DNA from: a bacterium
Lineage (GTDB): Bacteria; Zhuqueibacterota; Zhuqueibacteria; Residuimicrobiales; Krinioviventaceae
Length of the DNA stretch: 64,000 nucleotides
Assembly: GCA_963693055.1 (NCBI GenBank)
Contig: OY843751.1
Span: 2,912,001 to 2,976,000, forward strand
Direction of reading: 5' to 3'
Part shown: piece by piece, positions 29,565 to 39,952 of the stretch
Position numbering within the stretch: the stretch's first letter is position 1
How the letters are laid out: the number at the start of each line of letters is the position of its first letter
Notes under the pieces: generated by a model
What the model was told of the DNA's origin: nothing
The model's database searches: none
What the model saw: the letters and a program-made list of their open reading frames with translations, nothing else
Position numbers and translations under genes: made by a program

Positions 29565-29939
29565 CTATTTTAATTCATTAATTTTGTTAATAAAATCATT
29601 TAATGCTGCCTGATGGCTTTTCAAAGTTTCAAACCATAGCATCAAATTATCTCTTCCCATTTGAGTTATTGTATAGAGTCGTTTTGCAGGGCCAGACCCC
29701 GAAGTGTCCCATTGTGATTCTACCATTTGATTATCTTCCAAATGGCGAAGCATTCGATAGATCGCCCCGGGATCTGCAGATTCATCAAAAAAACCAACGG
29801 TTGGAAGATCATTCATCAACTCATATCCATGACGAGAATGCTTCCATAATAAATACAAAATTGAAGGTTCTATCCAACGAGTTCTTCTTCCACGATAACA
29901 TCCACATCCGGTAGTATCTCTGTTTGCAAAACTATTCAT
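29565..29939 (-). CDS. PadR family transcriptional regulator
   Basis: HGYEL, GAIYRMLRHLE, W....GPAKRLYTIT..G; N-terminal CGC. Confidence 0.9.
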   Translation of the reverse strand: MNSFANRDTTGCGCYRGRRTRWIEPSILYLLWKHSRHGYELMNDLPTVGFFDESADPGAIYRMLRHLEDNQMVESQWDTSGSGPAKRLYTITQMGRDNLMLWFETLKSHQAALNDFINKINELK

Positions 29940-29946
29940 TTACACC

Positions 29947-29997
29947 TCTATATGTAATTTACATATAGAAGTTAATACAATATATATTACATGTCAA
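29947..29997 (-). promoter_or_regulatory. PadR operon promoter with palindromic operator
   Basis: TTGACA at 29997-29992; perfect inverted repeat TCTATATGTAA-T-TTACATATAGA (29947-29969) abutting the GAGG RBS. Confidence 0.7.
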
Positions 29998-30029
29998 GTT
30001 TTTTTTATTTCCCGGAAACTAATTAAAAC

Positions 30030-30058
30030 TTGACTGTTTGAGGTCTATTTAGTATACT
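30030..30058 (+). promoter_or_regulatory. Sigma70-type promoter of rfaE1-gmhB
   Basis: TTGACT-N17-TATACT. Confidence 0.7.
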
Positions 30059-30079
30059 AGATAAAAATTTGGAAAAGAT

Positions 30080-31075
30080 ATGAAAAAATACAACGCTCGA
30101 CAGGTTGCAAAATTTATAAAAAAGATGCAGCAACAGCATATCCTGGTTATTGGTGATATAATGCTGGATCAATTTATATGGGGCAAAGTCACTCGCATTT
30201 CTCCAGAAGCCCCAGTTCCTGTTGTGCAGGTAACAAATGAATCAGCTTATCCGGGGGGTGCGGCAAACGTTGCAAGAAATCTTGTTCAGTTTGGAATAAA
30301 ATCTACCATGTGTGGTATTATAGGTCAGGATATAAATGGCAAAAAACTGCTGGGAAATTTAAAATCTTCCGGAATTGCAACAGATGGAATTGCAGCGGTT
30401 CAGGATTATGAAACCATTGTCAAGACACGCATAATAGCAAAGCATCAGCAGGTTGTAAGAGTTGATCGCGAATCCAATTATCAAATCCCTCAGGACCAAT
30501 TGAACAACTTGATTAAAAAGCTGGAGAAAATAATACCTACCGTTTCTGCAATTATCATTGAAGATTATGGTAAAGGATTTATAACACAGGATTTTGTTAA
30601 TTCCATTATCCAAATTGCAGTTGAAAATAAAAAAATTTTAACTATTGATCCCAATCCTCAAAATCCATTGATTTGGGATGGCGTTACTCTTGTTAAACCT
30701 AATCGCTCAGAAGCATATGCTGCTGCTGGCATCCCTTTGGATGAATCAAGAGATACCTTGTTAAAAGTTGGTGATATATTACTGGAGAAATGGAAAACCA
30801 ACCTGCTATTAGTTACGCTTGGTGAAGAGGGCTTAATACTTTTCCAGGCAGGCTATCCCCCTTTTCATACTCCGACTAAAGCAATTGAAGTTTATGATGT
30901 CTCTGGTGCGGGTGATACGGTTATTGCATTTTTCACGTCTGCGCTTGCAGCCGGACTGAACAGTTATGAAGCAGCACAACTTGCAAACCATGCTGCCGGT
31001 GTTGTTGTAGGTAAAGTGGGAACAGCAACACTTACAATCGAAGAACTCTTGTCAAGTTTCGAGCGTGATGCATAA
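30080..31075 (+). CDS. rfaE1: D-glycero-beta-D-manno-heptose-7-phosphate kinase
   Basis: GDIMLD, RISPEAPVPVV, GGAANVA, DYGKG, DVSGAGDT. Confidence 0.93.
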   Translation: MKKYNARQVAKFIKKMQQQHILVIGDIMLDQFIWGKVTRISPEAPVPVVQVTNESAYPGGAANVARNLVQFGIKSTMCGIIGQDINGKKLLGNLKSSGIATDGIAAVQDYETIVKTRIIAKHQQVVRVDRESNYQIPQDQLNNLIKKLEKIIPTVSAIIIEDYGKGFITQDFVNSIIQIAVENKKILTIDPNPQNPLIWDGVTLVKPNRSEAYAAAGIPLDESRDTLLKVGDILLEKWKTNLLLVTLGEEGLILFQAGYPPFHTPTKAIEVYDVSGAGDTVIAFFTSALAAGLNSYEAAQLANHAAGVVVGKVGTATLTIEELLSSFERDA

Positions 31076-31610
31076 AGCAATATTCTGGGACAGAGACGAC
31101 ACGCTCGTATACGATGTACCCTATAATGGGAACCCATCCAAAGTAAAACTTTTACCCAACACTGTTAAAGCATTAACACTATTACATACATTTAATTTTA
31201 AACAATTCATCATAACCAATCAATCGGGCGTTGGCAGGGGCATTATATCAAAAAGCCAGGTAATTGCTGTTAACAATCGATTGCTAGAATTATTGGGTAC
31301 CAGTTTAATACAAGGTATTTATTGTTGTTATGATGATCCCGCAAATCCACGAGAAAATTGTCGCAAACCTTCCCCCCAAATGATCTACAAAGCAAGAGAT
31401 GAGCATAACCTCCTGCTGGCTGCCTCTTATTTTATTGGTGATAAAATTGCTGACATTCAGGCCGGGCACAATGCCGGCTGTAAAAGCATTTTAAAACTCA
31501 TTGATTACAAAAATGCAGATCAAGCAAAAGAGAAACAAGAAGCAGATTATGCATCTACAAATTTGTTGAAAATTGCTGAATGGATCATCAATTTTGAAAC
31601 AAGTAACTAA
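31068..31610 (+). CDS. gmhB: D,D-heptose 1,7-bisphosphate phosphatase (HAD IIIA)
   Basis: DRDDTL, TNQSGVGRG, CRKP, GDK..D; coupled to rfaE1. Confidence 0.85.
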   Translation: MHKAIFWDRDDTLVYDVPYNGNPSKVKLLPNTVKALTLLHTFNFKQFIITNQSGVGRGIISKSQVIAVNNRLLELLGTSLIQGIYCCYDDPANPRENCRKPSPQMIYKARDEHNLLLAASYFIGDKIADIQAGHNAGCKSILKLIDYKNADQAKEKQEADYASTNLLKIAEWIINFETSN

Positions 31611-31731
31611 TTTCTCTTGCTTTTTATTTTGTAATTTCTTAATCTATATTGTTCATTAGGGAAAAATATTTATGCTAACCAGACGTTTATTCTATTCTTA
31701 ATCATGAAGTAAACCATTAGAGAGGTGCGAC

Positions 31732-33075
31732 ATGAAATTACAATTAATGCGTATTGTATTTTTATTGTTAATTTCTGTATCGTTAACTCTGGGCCAAACT
31801 GCTGGCGAAGAGGCTCTGGGATCACGTTCTTACGACGATTATGAAAATCCCAAAGCTTGCTACAGCTGCCATGTAGACATTTATATGCAGTGGACCCAGG
31901 CAATGATGTCCCAGGCGTACACACATCACTGGGATGAAATTGAGTATTTTGACCTCGCAGTTGCACATGCAGAGGTTGATCCAAGTTTCAAAGGTCCGGT
32001 AGATGGCTGTAATGGCTGCCATACACCAATGGCATACCTGGCCGGCGATGTAACTCCTCCCCGACCGTCTGAAAATACCCGAGCGAACGAAAGTGTGAAT
32101 TGCGATATTTGCCACACAATCACAGGATTTAAAGACGAACCCAATTTTAATTTCAACTTTTATTCAGATCCTGGTAGAACCAAATATGGAACAAAACCTG
32201 GTCTAGTTTCACCTCACCATGTAACAAAAGCAAAAGACATTTATGGAGAAGCTAAATTCTGTGGAGCTTGCCATAACGAGAAAAACCCGGTTGGAATATG
32301 GGTTAAATCTACTCAACTTGAATGGGAAGAAGGTCCCTATTCTAAAGAAGGTGTACCTTGTCATCAATGCCATATGCCAAAAGCTTTGGGCAAAAATGCA
32401 AAAATGTCTGAAGAAAGTATGGTTGCTCAACACTTGTTTCATGGCGCGCATGATCCCGGCAAAGTTGGTGGTGCAATTGAATTGCGTATTCATCCCGAAC
32501 AACGCGAATATGAGTACGATGAAAAAATAGTTGTTAAAGTACAGTTATTTAACGGAAAAGCGGGGCACAAAGTACCCACCGGTTCAGTTGAAGACCGTAT
32601 CATGTGGCTGCATGTTACAGCTACAGATGAAAATGGCAAAGTCTATCATCTGCCAGTAGACCAAAAGGGATTTGATGGTGAAGAATACACAATTGCATCT
32701 GATGAACTTGCATATGTGGATTTGGGAATACCTAAAAAAGATCCCAATTTTAAGGGTGTTCAAAGAGATGGCGTGCCCATTGGTGATAGAATATTTAGAA
32801 TGCCCTATTTTGATAAAAATGGCATTATGACAATCATGCAATGGAACACAGCCTCTTTGGGTGTAGATTATCGCATTGGTCCAAGAGAAACCAAAATTGA
32901 GACCTTTACCTGGCAAATGCCTGATGATATCCCACTTGGTAAAATCACATTCAAGGCTGAATTGAATTATCAAAAACTGGTAAAACCTGTTGCGGATTAT
33001 TTAGGTGTGCCGGAAGAAGAAAGCGAAATTATACCGGTTAACCAGGCACTTACCTGGATTGAAATTTACGACTAG
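31732..33075 (+). CDS. Exported pentaheme c-type cytochrome (c554/c552-like)
   Basis: Signal peptide; five CxxCH motifs: CYSCH, CNGCH, CDICH, CGACH, CHQCH. Confidence 0.9.
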   Translation: MKLQLMRIVFLLLISVSLTLGQTAGEEALGSRSYDDYENPKACYSCHVDIYMQWTQAMMSQAYTHHWDEIEYFDLAVAHAEVDPSFKGPVDGCNGCHTPMAYLAGDVTPPRPSENTRANESVNCDICHTITGFKDEPNFNFNFYSDPGRTKYGTKPGLVSPHHVTKAKDIYGEAKFCGACHNEKNPVGIWVKSTQLEWEEGPYSKEGVPCHQCHMPKALGKNAKMSEESMVAQHLFHGAHDPGKVGGAIELRIHPEQREYEYDEKIVVKVQLFNGKAGHKVPTGSVEDRIMWLHVTATDENGKVYHLPVDQKGFDGEEYTIASDELAYVDLGIPKKDPNFKGVQRDGVPIGDRIFRMPYFDKNGIMTIMQWNTASLGVDYRIGPRETKIETFTWQMPDDIPLGKITFKAELNYQKLVKPVADYLGVPEEESEIIPVNQALTWIEIYD

Positions 33076-33085
33076 GGAGAAAAAT

Positions 33086-34261
33086 ATGAAAAAATTTGCA
33101 GGAGTAATAATTGCAGTAATTCTTTTGGCATTCTTTATTCAAGATGCCAGCGCAATACCAGCATTTGCCAGACGTTACAAACTTTCTTGTAACACCTGTC
33201 ACAGTCCAATTCCCAGATTAAAACCGTACGGCGATGAATTTGCAGGAAATGGTTTTATTCTCAAAGAAGAAGAAAAGGAACGCGACTATATTACTGCCGG
33301 TGATGATATGTTGTGGCTAAACAAAGACTTTCCGGTTGGCGTACGCTTTGATGCATATGCACAATATGATCAGGACCAAGATGTTGATAAAGATCTGCAA
33401 TCTCCCTGGGGAATAAAATTATTGTCCGGTGGTACAGTCTATAAAAATATAGGTTACTATTTTTATTTTTACATGTCTGAACGCGGAGAGGTTGCAGGTA
33501 TTGAAGATGCTTATTTACATTTTGACAATGTAGGTGGCTCTCAATTAGATATTTTGGTTGGTCAGTTTCAAACATCGGATCCATTAATGAAACGCGAACT
33601 CCGACTCACATTTGAAGATTATGCCATTTACAAAACAAGTATTGGTAGTTCAAGTACAAACCTGGCGTATGATCGTGGAGTTATGTTTATGTATGGTCTT
33701 GAGCAAACAGGTACAGATATTATAGCCATGGTTGTTAACGGTAATGGTAAAGATGAAGCCGGTGACGACAAAAAATTTGATAATGACGCCAATAAAAATT
33801 TAGGGTTCAGAGTAGCTCAAGGTATTGGAGAACTCGTGTCCATTGGTGGATACTATTATCTGGGTAAAGAAACCATGCTGAATTATCTGGATGATAAATT
33901 TGAAAACGAGATCACATACATTGGTGTTGATGGGCATATGACTGCTGGCCCCCTGGCATTTACAGGGCAATGGCTCAGACGTAAAGATACCAATCCATAT
34001 TTTGCATATACGGGTATGGAATACGAAGGCGAAGGCATAGTAGCTGAACTTGTTATTTCACCACAGCTTGATCGTTCTCGTTTTTATCTTACAGCACTAT
34101 ATAATCGCATTGATCATGATATAGACGCATATGATTATCAGACAGCAACTTTGAGCGGCACCTATCTTGTTGCGCGCAACCTGCGTCTTATTGCTGAATA
34201 TACCCGGGATCTGGAATTAGATAAAAACAGAGTTACAATTGGCTTGGTAAGTGGATTTTAG
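33086..34261 (+). CDS. Cyc2-like fused monoheme cytochrome-porin
   Basis: Signal peptide ASA|IPAFARRY-x3-CNTCH-x4-RL..YG..F..NGF; amphipathic beta-strand body; C-terminal Phe; start moved to the ATG at 33086 (GGAG RBS). Confidence 0.8.
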   Translation: MKKFAGVIIAVILLAFFIQDASAIPAFARRYKLSCNTCHSPIPRLKPYGDEFAGNGFILKEEEKERDYITAGDDMLWLNKDFPVGVRFDAYAQYDQDQDVDKDLQSPWGIKLLSGGTVYKNIGYYFYFYMSERGEVAGIEDAYLHFDNVGGSQLDILVGQFQTSDPLMKRELRLTFEDYAIYKTSIGSSSTNLAYDRGVMFMYGLEQTGTDIIAMVVNGNGKDEAGDDKKFDNDANKNLGFRVAQGIGELVSIGGYYYLGKETMLNYLDDKFENEITYIGVDGHMTAGPLAFTGQWLRRKDTNPYFAYTGMEYEGEGIVAELVISPQLDRSRFYLTALYNRIDHDIDAYDYQTATLSGTYLVARNLRLIAEYTRDLELDKNRVTIGLVSGF

Positions 34262-34286
34262 ATTCTAGTGTTAAAATACAAGAAGC

Positions 34287-34319
34287 AAAAAAAAGCGGGA
34301 TACTCTCCCGCTTTTTTTT
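34287..34319. terminator. Bidirectional terminator
   Basis: A8-GCGGGA-TACTC-TCCCGC-T8 between convergent genes. Confidence 0.92.
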
Positions 34320-34320
34320 A

Positions 34321-35457
34321 TTAATACAGTGGTCTTAAAATTACATTTTGAATTCTAAGAATTCCATCTTGTTTTGAATGAAAAATCGCAATTTTTCCGG
34401 GTCTTACCATTTGCGTATAGGTTTGTTTATAAACACTCATCCCCACAACTTTGGCTTCAAGATAACGGCTTGAAGAAATAATTTGATAAAACGTCCAGGG
34501 GTATGGCCAATACGGACCCACATCCCATGCTTTATCTTTAGGAACTGAATTTACCAGCGCCATCGTTCCAGGATGGTCATAGAAATCAATCCGATAACCA
34601 GGATCATAGCTTTCATTCCAACGGACATAAAAGGCACCTTTGCGTGGATTTTCAAGATCATTTTCAACGTATGCCTGAAAATAAAAATCTTCATAGTCCT
34701 TGTCAGTTACAAGCCAGCCATCACCACCTGAACCAACAATCATATTGTCTACTACATCCCATTCTGCATAACCATATTGTACCCAATTGGACAAATCTTT
34801 ACCATTGAAAAGTTGAATTTCAGTGACTGGTGGTGCAGGTAATCGCTTCACCCAAATATTTTTAAATTCTACAGGATCACCATGATTTTGTAAGCCAATA
34901 GGGCCCGTACGCAATCTAAATTTTGTATACATGTCAGATTCAAAATTATATTCCTGAACCATAACATCATTAAGCCATACTGTACACATGGGCCATTCAA
35001 AACGGATATGATAGCGGTTCCACTCTCCTGCCGGCTTTTCCGCAATAGCCATTGCTGGCGAAACATCATAAATGGAACCGGTAGTATGCAAGAGGTCAGG
35101 ATTGCTATTATGAATCTGGATTTCAAATCCCAAACGTGACTCTCTACCAGACATGGGAACATGAAACAAAATGCCACTATTATGTCCCTTTGCAATTTTA
35201 AAATCCGCATAAAAATCAAAATTGCTATAGGATTCAAGTGTTTTAATTACATAAGGTACACTGGGTTTACCTAGACATTTGATAATACCATCCTGAATGA
35301 TCCACCGTCCACTGTCAGGTTCAATATTCCATCCGGTAAAATCTTTACCATTAAATAAAGATTTATATCCGGGACCGGGTGCTCCATCCGACCAATCAGA
35401 TGCAAACAAAAAATTCGACAATATTATCATTAATACCACAAGTAGCGTCTTTTTCAT
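34321..35457 (-). CDS. Exported DUF1080 (3-keto-disaccharide hydrolase-like) protein, two domains
   Basis: LFNGKD twice, NSG, FEIQI, GEWN, GPIGLQNHG, FKNI. Confidence 0.88.
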   Translation of the reverse strand: MKKTLLVVLMIILSNFLFASDWSDGAPGPGYKSLFNGKDFTGWNIEPDSGRWIIQDGIIKCLGKPSVPYVIKTLESYSNFDFYADFKIAKGHNSGILFHVPMSGRESRLGFEIQIHNSNPDLLHTTGSIYDVSPAMAIAEKPAGEWNRYHIRFEWPMCTVWLNDVMVQEYNFESDMYTKFRLRTGPIGLQNHGDPVEFKNIWVKRLPAPPVTEIQLFNGKDLSNWVQYGYAEWDVVDNMIVGSGGDGWLVTDKDYEDFYFQAYVENDLENPRKGAFYVRWNESYDPGYRIDFYDHPGTMALVNSVPKDKAWDVGPYWPYPWTFYQIISSSRYLEAKVVGMSVYKQTYTQMVRPGKIAIFHSKQDGILRIQNVILRPLY

Positions 35458-35470
35458 AGTTTAGTCCTTT

Positions 35471-36205
35471 TCAAAAAGTATAGTCAACATCTTTATCCAG
35501 CATAGACAAGGTACGGAATCCATGATTTATTTTCTGAAATACAGATTTATAATTATCATAACGATCTTGATTTGTTCTATTCAAAACAATATAAGTAACA
35601 TTACGTCTTGGCATTACACTCAACACCCAAACATTTTTTTCGACACGTTTTTCAGGTAAAACAACTGCCCAGTAATAACCTACAAGCACATGATGCGCAG
35701 GTAAAGTAGTCGGTACCAACAAATTTGCGCGTTCTTTGCTTGTTTCATATTTTTCAAAAATCTCTGCCAACAAAGAAATTGCCAAATCTTTACTATCCGG
35801 TTGTTCATCTTGCCATTTTAAAATACCTGTAAGAGATGTTGCCAAAGTGTCACTATTCACAACATGGTCCATTTCAAACACCCAGTTGATTTGATCAAAC
35901 AAAGAACGATCAGTATCAACAAATTGCAAAACAGAATCCATAGTGAGTACCTGCATATCCCAATCATCAACAACCCGCTTTAATGTAAAATAGTAGGGAC
36001 GGTTAAAATAGACAGAATCTGCAATACCAATTCTTTCCGAACCTGCAATATCCTTAATATCTTTGTCTGGTTTGGGAATACGACGATTCATCTCAAACAC
36101 AAGCAATGTAATTGCAACCAGCACAAAAGCTAGCATTAATATTGTGCTTGCACCCAATAGATTTTTCTTTTTTCTAAATTGCTTTATATCCAGATCTTTA
36201 TTCAT
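35471..36205 (-). CDS. Hypothetical membrane-anchored protein
   Basis: Single N-terminal TM helix; overlaps the pfkB stop. Confidence 0.7.
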   Translation of the reverse strand: MNKDLDIKQFRKKKNLLGASTILMLAFVLVAITLLVFEMNRRIPKPDKDIKDIAGSERIGIADSVYFNRPYYFTLKRVVDDWDMQVLTMDSVLQFVDTDRSLFDQINWVFEMDHVVNSDTLATSLTGILKWQDEQPDSKDLAISLLAEIFEKYETSKERANLLVPTTLPAHHVLVGYYWAVVLPEKRVEKNVWVLSVMPRRNVTYIVLNRTNQDRYDNYKSVFQKINHGFRTLSMLDKDVDYTF

Positions 36206-37097
36206 TTGGAAAAAGCTCCATTATATCATCAGGTGTCCATTTGGGTGTTGCTCCTTGCTGTGTGGCAACCCAGGCACCCAAGCGGTTACCATATTCAGCA
36301 ATTTCAGCCAATTCAGCACCTTGAATGAATTTAATTGTCATGCCTGCTGCAAAAGCATCACCCGAACCTGTTGTATCAACTGCAGTGACGTTAAAACCAG
36401 GGTGAACTACATATTCAATGTCGTTTACCAAAAAACATCCCTTGTCACCCAGAGTAACAGCTGCAAGTTCAATTTCATATTTTTGTAATAATTGACGGAG
36501 AAAAACAACATCATTCGACTTTTTGTTCATGGATGATTTTAATTGAGCCAACTCATCTTCATTTAGCTTTATCACATCTGCAAGTTTTAAAGATTCATCA
36601 ATCGTTTTTTTGATTGTACTGTCCCAGCCTCTTATGTTAATATCGAAAACTTTGCAACAATCATCTGCTGATTTTAAAGCTTGCTGGATAGATTGACGGG
36701 ATTCTTCGTTACGTTGTGCAAGAGTTCCCCACAAAACAGCATCCAAATCACCAAGAATTTCAGACCATTTGGAATCATCCTGCATATGATCAAATGCAAC
36801 ATCTTTGGTGCAATCAAAAGAAGGTATCCCTTTATCATCAAGTGTTACATTAACAGTACCCGTTGGAAATTTTTTATCAGTTTGAATTCCGGACGTGTTT
36901 ATTTTCATTTTTTTCAAAGTTGATTTAATTTTTTTACCCAAATCATCGTTTCCTACTCGGCTCAATACATAAGCATTATAACCTGCATAGTTTACATGAG
37001 CAGCAAAATTAGCGGGTGCACCTCCGAGATATTTTTTTTCGCCATAAACATCCCACAGTACTTCACCCATTCCTGCAATATTTAAAGAATCTCTCAT
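36198..37097 (-). CDS. PfkB family carbohydrate kinase (fructokinase-like)
   Basis: GEVLWD, GGAPANFA, DTTGSGDAF. Confidence 0.92.
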   Translation of the reverse strand: MRDSLNIAGMGEVLWDVYGEKKYLGGAPANFAAHVNYAGYNAYVLSRVGNDDLGKKIKSTLKKMKINTSGIQTDKKFPTGTVNVTLDDKGIPSFDCTKDVAFDHMQDDSKWSEILGDLDAVLWGTLAQRNEESRQSIQQALKSADDCCKVFDINIRGWDSTIKKTIDESLKLADVIKLNEDELAQLKSSMNKKSNDVVFLRQLLQKYEIELAAVTLGDKGCFLVNDIEYVVHPGFNVTAVDTTGSGDAFAAGMTIKFIQGAELAEIAEYGNRLGAWVATQQGATPKWTPDDIMELFPNE

Positions 37098-39067
37098 TCA
37101 TTAACTCCATCTTTATATCCGCTCCGCAGAGCAACTGTTATTTTGGGTTGACCCGGCATGGGTCCTGACGCAGTAAAAGGATCAATTTCCTCAAAAACTA
37201 TTCCCGGTGGTTGAGAAAATTGGCTGTACGGTTGATTCTCTAAAGCATTTTGCATAAAATTCAACCAAATGGGTAATGCTGCCATTCCCCCTGTTACACC
37301 TGTTCTACTAGATAAACGCATGGATCGATTATCATCAAAACCAACCCATACTGCACAAACAAGATCAGGAGTAAAACCTATAAACCATGCATCACGATAA
37401 TCATTAGTTGTACCTGTCTTGCCTGCACAAGGCCTGGTAAATCCGGCCTGTTTAATGCTTTTTCCTGTACCATAATCAATTACACCTTGGAGTGTATTTA
37501 AAAGAATGTAATTTGTTTGGGGATCAATAACACGTTTTCCATTCAAATCGTGATCTTTTCTTATGGTATTGTCAGAAATCTGCAATTTAGTTATTGAATA
37601 TGGATCATGAAAAACACCGCCATTTGCAATTGTTGAATATGCTGTTGCCATCTCTACAGGAGATACGCTGGTGGCGCCAAGTGCTAATGATAAATTAGGC
37701 TCAAGCTCACTGGTAATTCCCATTTTTTTTGCATATTCAATAACCATTTCAGGCTTTACTCTTTCAATCAATTTTGCTGCAATTACATTTCGAGAATGCG
37801 ATAAAGCCCATTTAACAGTCATGGGTCCTAAAAAATTATTTTCAAAATTTTTAGGTTCCCAAACCTGGTTGTAAATTTCAAAAGAAACAGGCTCATCTAC
37901 AAGTACCGTTTTGGGTGTTACCAGACCCTTGTCAAGAGCAGCCAGGTATGTAAAAATTTTGAATGAAGAACCTGGCATCCGGTTATTAGACACCGCTCGG
38001 TTAAAGGGTGCTCTTTGATAATCTCTTCCACCCATTAAAGCTTTAATTGCACCGGTCTTGGGATCCATTACAACCATTGCTGCTTGTGGATATTGCAGCT
38101 TGTCCTGCCAGGGTGCCAGCTCATAAGGTGGTAAATCCAGCAATTTATCAAGCTTTGCTAATCCTTCTTCAATGGCAATCTTGGCATAATATTGATATTT
38201 TAAATTCATAGTAGTAAAAATATCAACACCGCCATAAACGATTGCGTCACGCCCATACTCTTTGCCCAATTCTCGAATTATATAATCCACATAATAATCA
38301 GCATGGCTTTCATAGGGATTCATGCGTTGGAAAACCAGATCTTTATCAAGAGCAAATTGTAATTGGTCACTATCGATAAAATGTTCTTCAAACATGCGCT
38401 TTAATACAAAACGCAAACGCTGTAAAGCAAATTCATCTTTTTTATAAGGATTATAACGATTTGGTGATCTGGGTATTCCTGCAAGTAATGCACATTCTGG
38501 TAATGTGAGTTCATCTGCATGTTTAGAAAAATAAATTTGAGCAGCCATCTCTAGCCCAAAAATACCGGAACCAAAGTCAATTTGATTAATATATGCTTCA
38601 AGAATTTCTGTTTTACTGAATTGCTGTTCTATCTGCAGAGTAATTAAAATTTCTTTGACCTTGCGTGTCCAAGTTCTATCAAATGTAAAAAACAGATTTT
38701 TTGCAAGCTGCTGTGTGATTGAGCTGCCACCTTCCGAGATTTTACCTCGTTTTACATTAACAAATAAAGCACGTAACAAGCCGGCTTTGTTTAATCCATT
38801 ATGTTTAAAAAAATGAACATCTTCAAGTGCTAGCATTGCATGAATGAAATCCTGTGGAATTTCTTCATAACTGATAACCTGACGATTTGTTAAAGTTTTT
38901 ACAATCTGGCCATTATCAGCATAAATGACTGTGGGATTTTTAGTGGCAATTAAATTTAAATCATCGGGTATTTGTGGTAAATGCCTGACTAAAAAAAATA
39001 AACCAATGCTTATCATGAAAAAAGCAACTATCAGAAATACCGCTATCCATTTTAAAACTTTTTTCAT
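37094..39067 (-). CDS. Class A penicillin-binding protein (PBP1A family)
   Basis: GT motifs ED..F..H, GGSSITQQLAKN; TP motifs SSFK, SRN, KTGT. Confidence 0.94.
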   Translation of the reverse strand: MKKVLKWIAVFLIVAFFMISIGLFFLVRHLPQIPDDLNLIATKNPTVIYADNGQIVKTLTNRQVISYEEIPQDFIHAMLALEDVHFFKHNGLNKAGLLRALFVNVKRGKISEGGSSITQQLAKNLFFTFDRTWTRKVKEILITLQIEQQFSKTEILEAYINQIDFGSGIFGLEMAAQIYFSKHADELTLPECALLAGIPRSPNRYNPYKKDEFALQRLRFVLKRMFEEHFIDSDQLQFALDKDLVFQRMNPYESHADYYVDYIIRELGKEYGRDAIVYGGVDIFTTMNLKYQYYAKIAIEEGLAKLDKLLDLPPYELAPWQDKLQYPQAAMVVMDPKTGAIKALMGGRDYQRAPFNRAVSNNRMPGSSFKIFTYLAALDKGLVTPKTVLVDEPVSFEIYNQVWEPKNFENNFLGPMTVKWALSHSRNVIAAKLIERVKPEMVIEYAKKMGITSELEPNLSLALGATSVSPVEMATAYSTIANGGVFHDPYSITKLQISDNTIRKDHDLNGKRVIDPQTNYILLNTLQGVIDYGTGKSIKQAGFTRPCAGKTGTTNDYRDAWFIGFTPDLVCAVWVGFDDNRSMRLSSRTGVTGGMAALPIWLNFMQNALENQPYSQFSQPPGIVFEEIDPFTASGPMPGQPKITVALRSGYKDGVNE

Positions 39068-39068
39068 T

Positions 39069-39923
39069 CTAACGACCTCCCGACTGTGGTTTGGAAATCA
39101 TTGTTCCTTGAGCCTGGTTGTTAATTGCATTGATCAGGTACTCTACTGCTATTTCTGAGGCACTGGAAGTATAAATCCGCGATTGAGATTCCGATATTAT
39201 TTCGAATGCAAGATCTACGGCTCCCATATTTACTGTTGATGAAATACCAACATAAACCAGATTGTCACCCCAGGAAACTAAGCGATAGGGATCATTCATA
39301 ATTTGTAGTCGATAAGACAATGGCAAACTTAGAAAAGCTTTATAAAATTCTTCAGCAGAGATTATACGATTTTGAAATTCCTTTTTATCTGCAAGACGAG
39401 TATTATAATTGCTTTGACCATTTTTCAACAAAGATTCCAGGTCAACGTACCTCTCATTCAGAGGTTGCCCAAAGCCATCCAGAAAATATATACTTAGTTG
39501 TTGATCATTCAAGATAATTTTAACAGATTCCCATTGTGGGTTATGATACAGTTCTAAAAATTTCATAGGATCTTGCAACTGCTTTGCAGATTGAACGGGT
39601 ATTATTCTGTAAAAATCAATAAAATCTTTGTGACTCATTACAACTTTTTTACGAAGCAATAACTCTGAATGCAAATCATATACATTTGTGAAATGTACCA
39701 GCGTTAGCGTATCTGCAACAATATTTTGAGCAAGTGAATCAATCACTGCATCTCCATTTAATTCCTTGTTCTCCTCTTCCCACAACCTTCCTGTCTGAGG
39801 ACGAGTTGAATTTGTTAAAAGTATCATTTTACCTGTTATAACTTCAAATATATCGAACCAAATTTCAAATACTAACAGACAAAGCAATACGCCTAAAACA
39901 ATCCATATTATTGATCTTTTCAC
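39069..39923 (-). CDS. Hypothetical membrane-anchored protein
   Basis: N-terminal TM helix; 1 nt upstream of the PBP1A gene. Confidence 0.72.
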   Translation of the reverse strand: MKRSIIWIVLGVLLCLLVFEIWFDIFEVITGKMILLTNSTRPQTGRLWEEENKELNGDAVIDSLAQNIVADTLTLVHFTNVYDLHSELLLRKKVVMSHKDFIDFYRIIPVQSAKQLQDPMKFLELYHNPQWESVKIILNDQQLSIYFLDGFGQPLNERYVDLESLLKNGQSNYNTRLADKKEFQNRIISAEEFYKAFLSLPLSYRLQIMNDPYRLVSWGDNLVYVGISSTVNMGAVDLAFEIISESQSRIYTSSASEIAVEYLINAINNQAQGTMISKPQSGGR

Positions 39924-39952
39924 ATTAATCCTGTTATTTAAATAATGAACAG

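Noticed and set aside
33005-33085. N-terminal extensions in the ORF track (also 8830-8886, 15004-15057, 63650-63703)
   Set aside because: Downstream ATGs have an RBS and/or match family N-termini; most extensions overlap upstream genes
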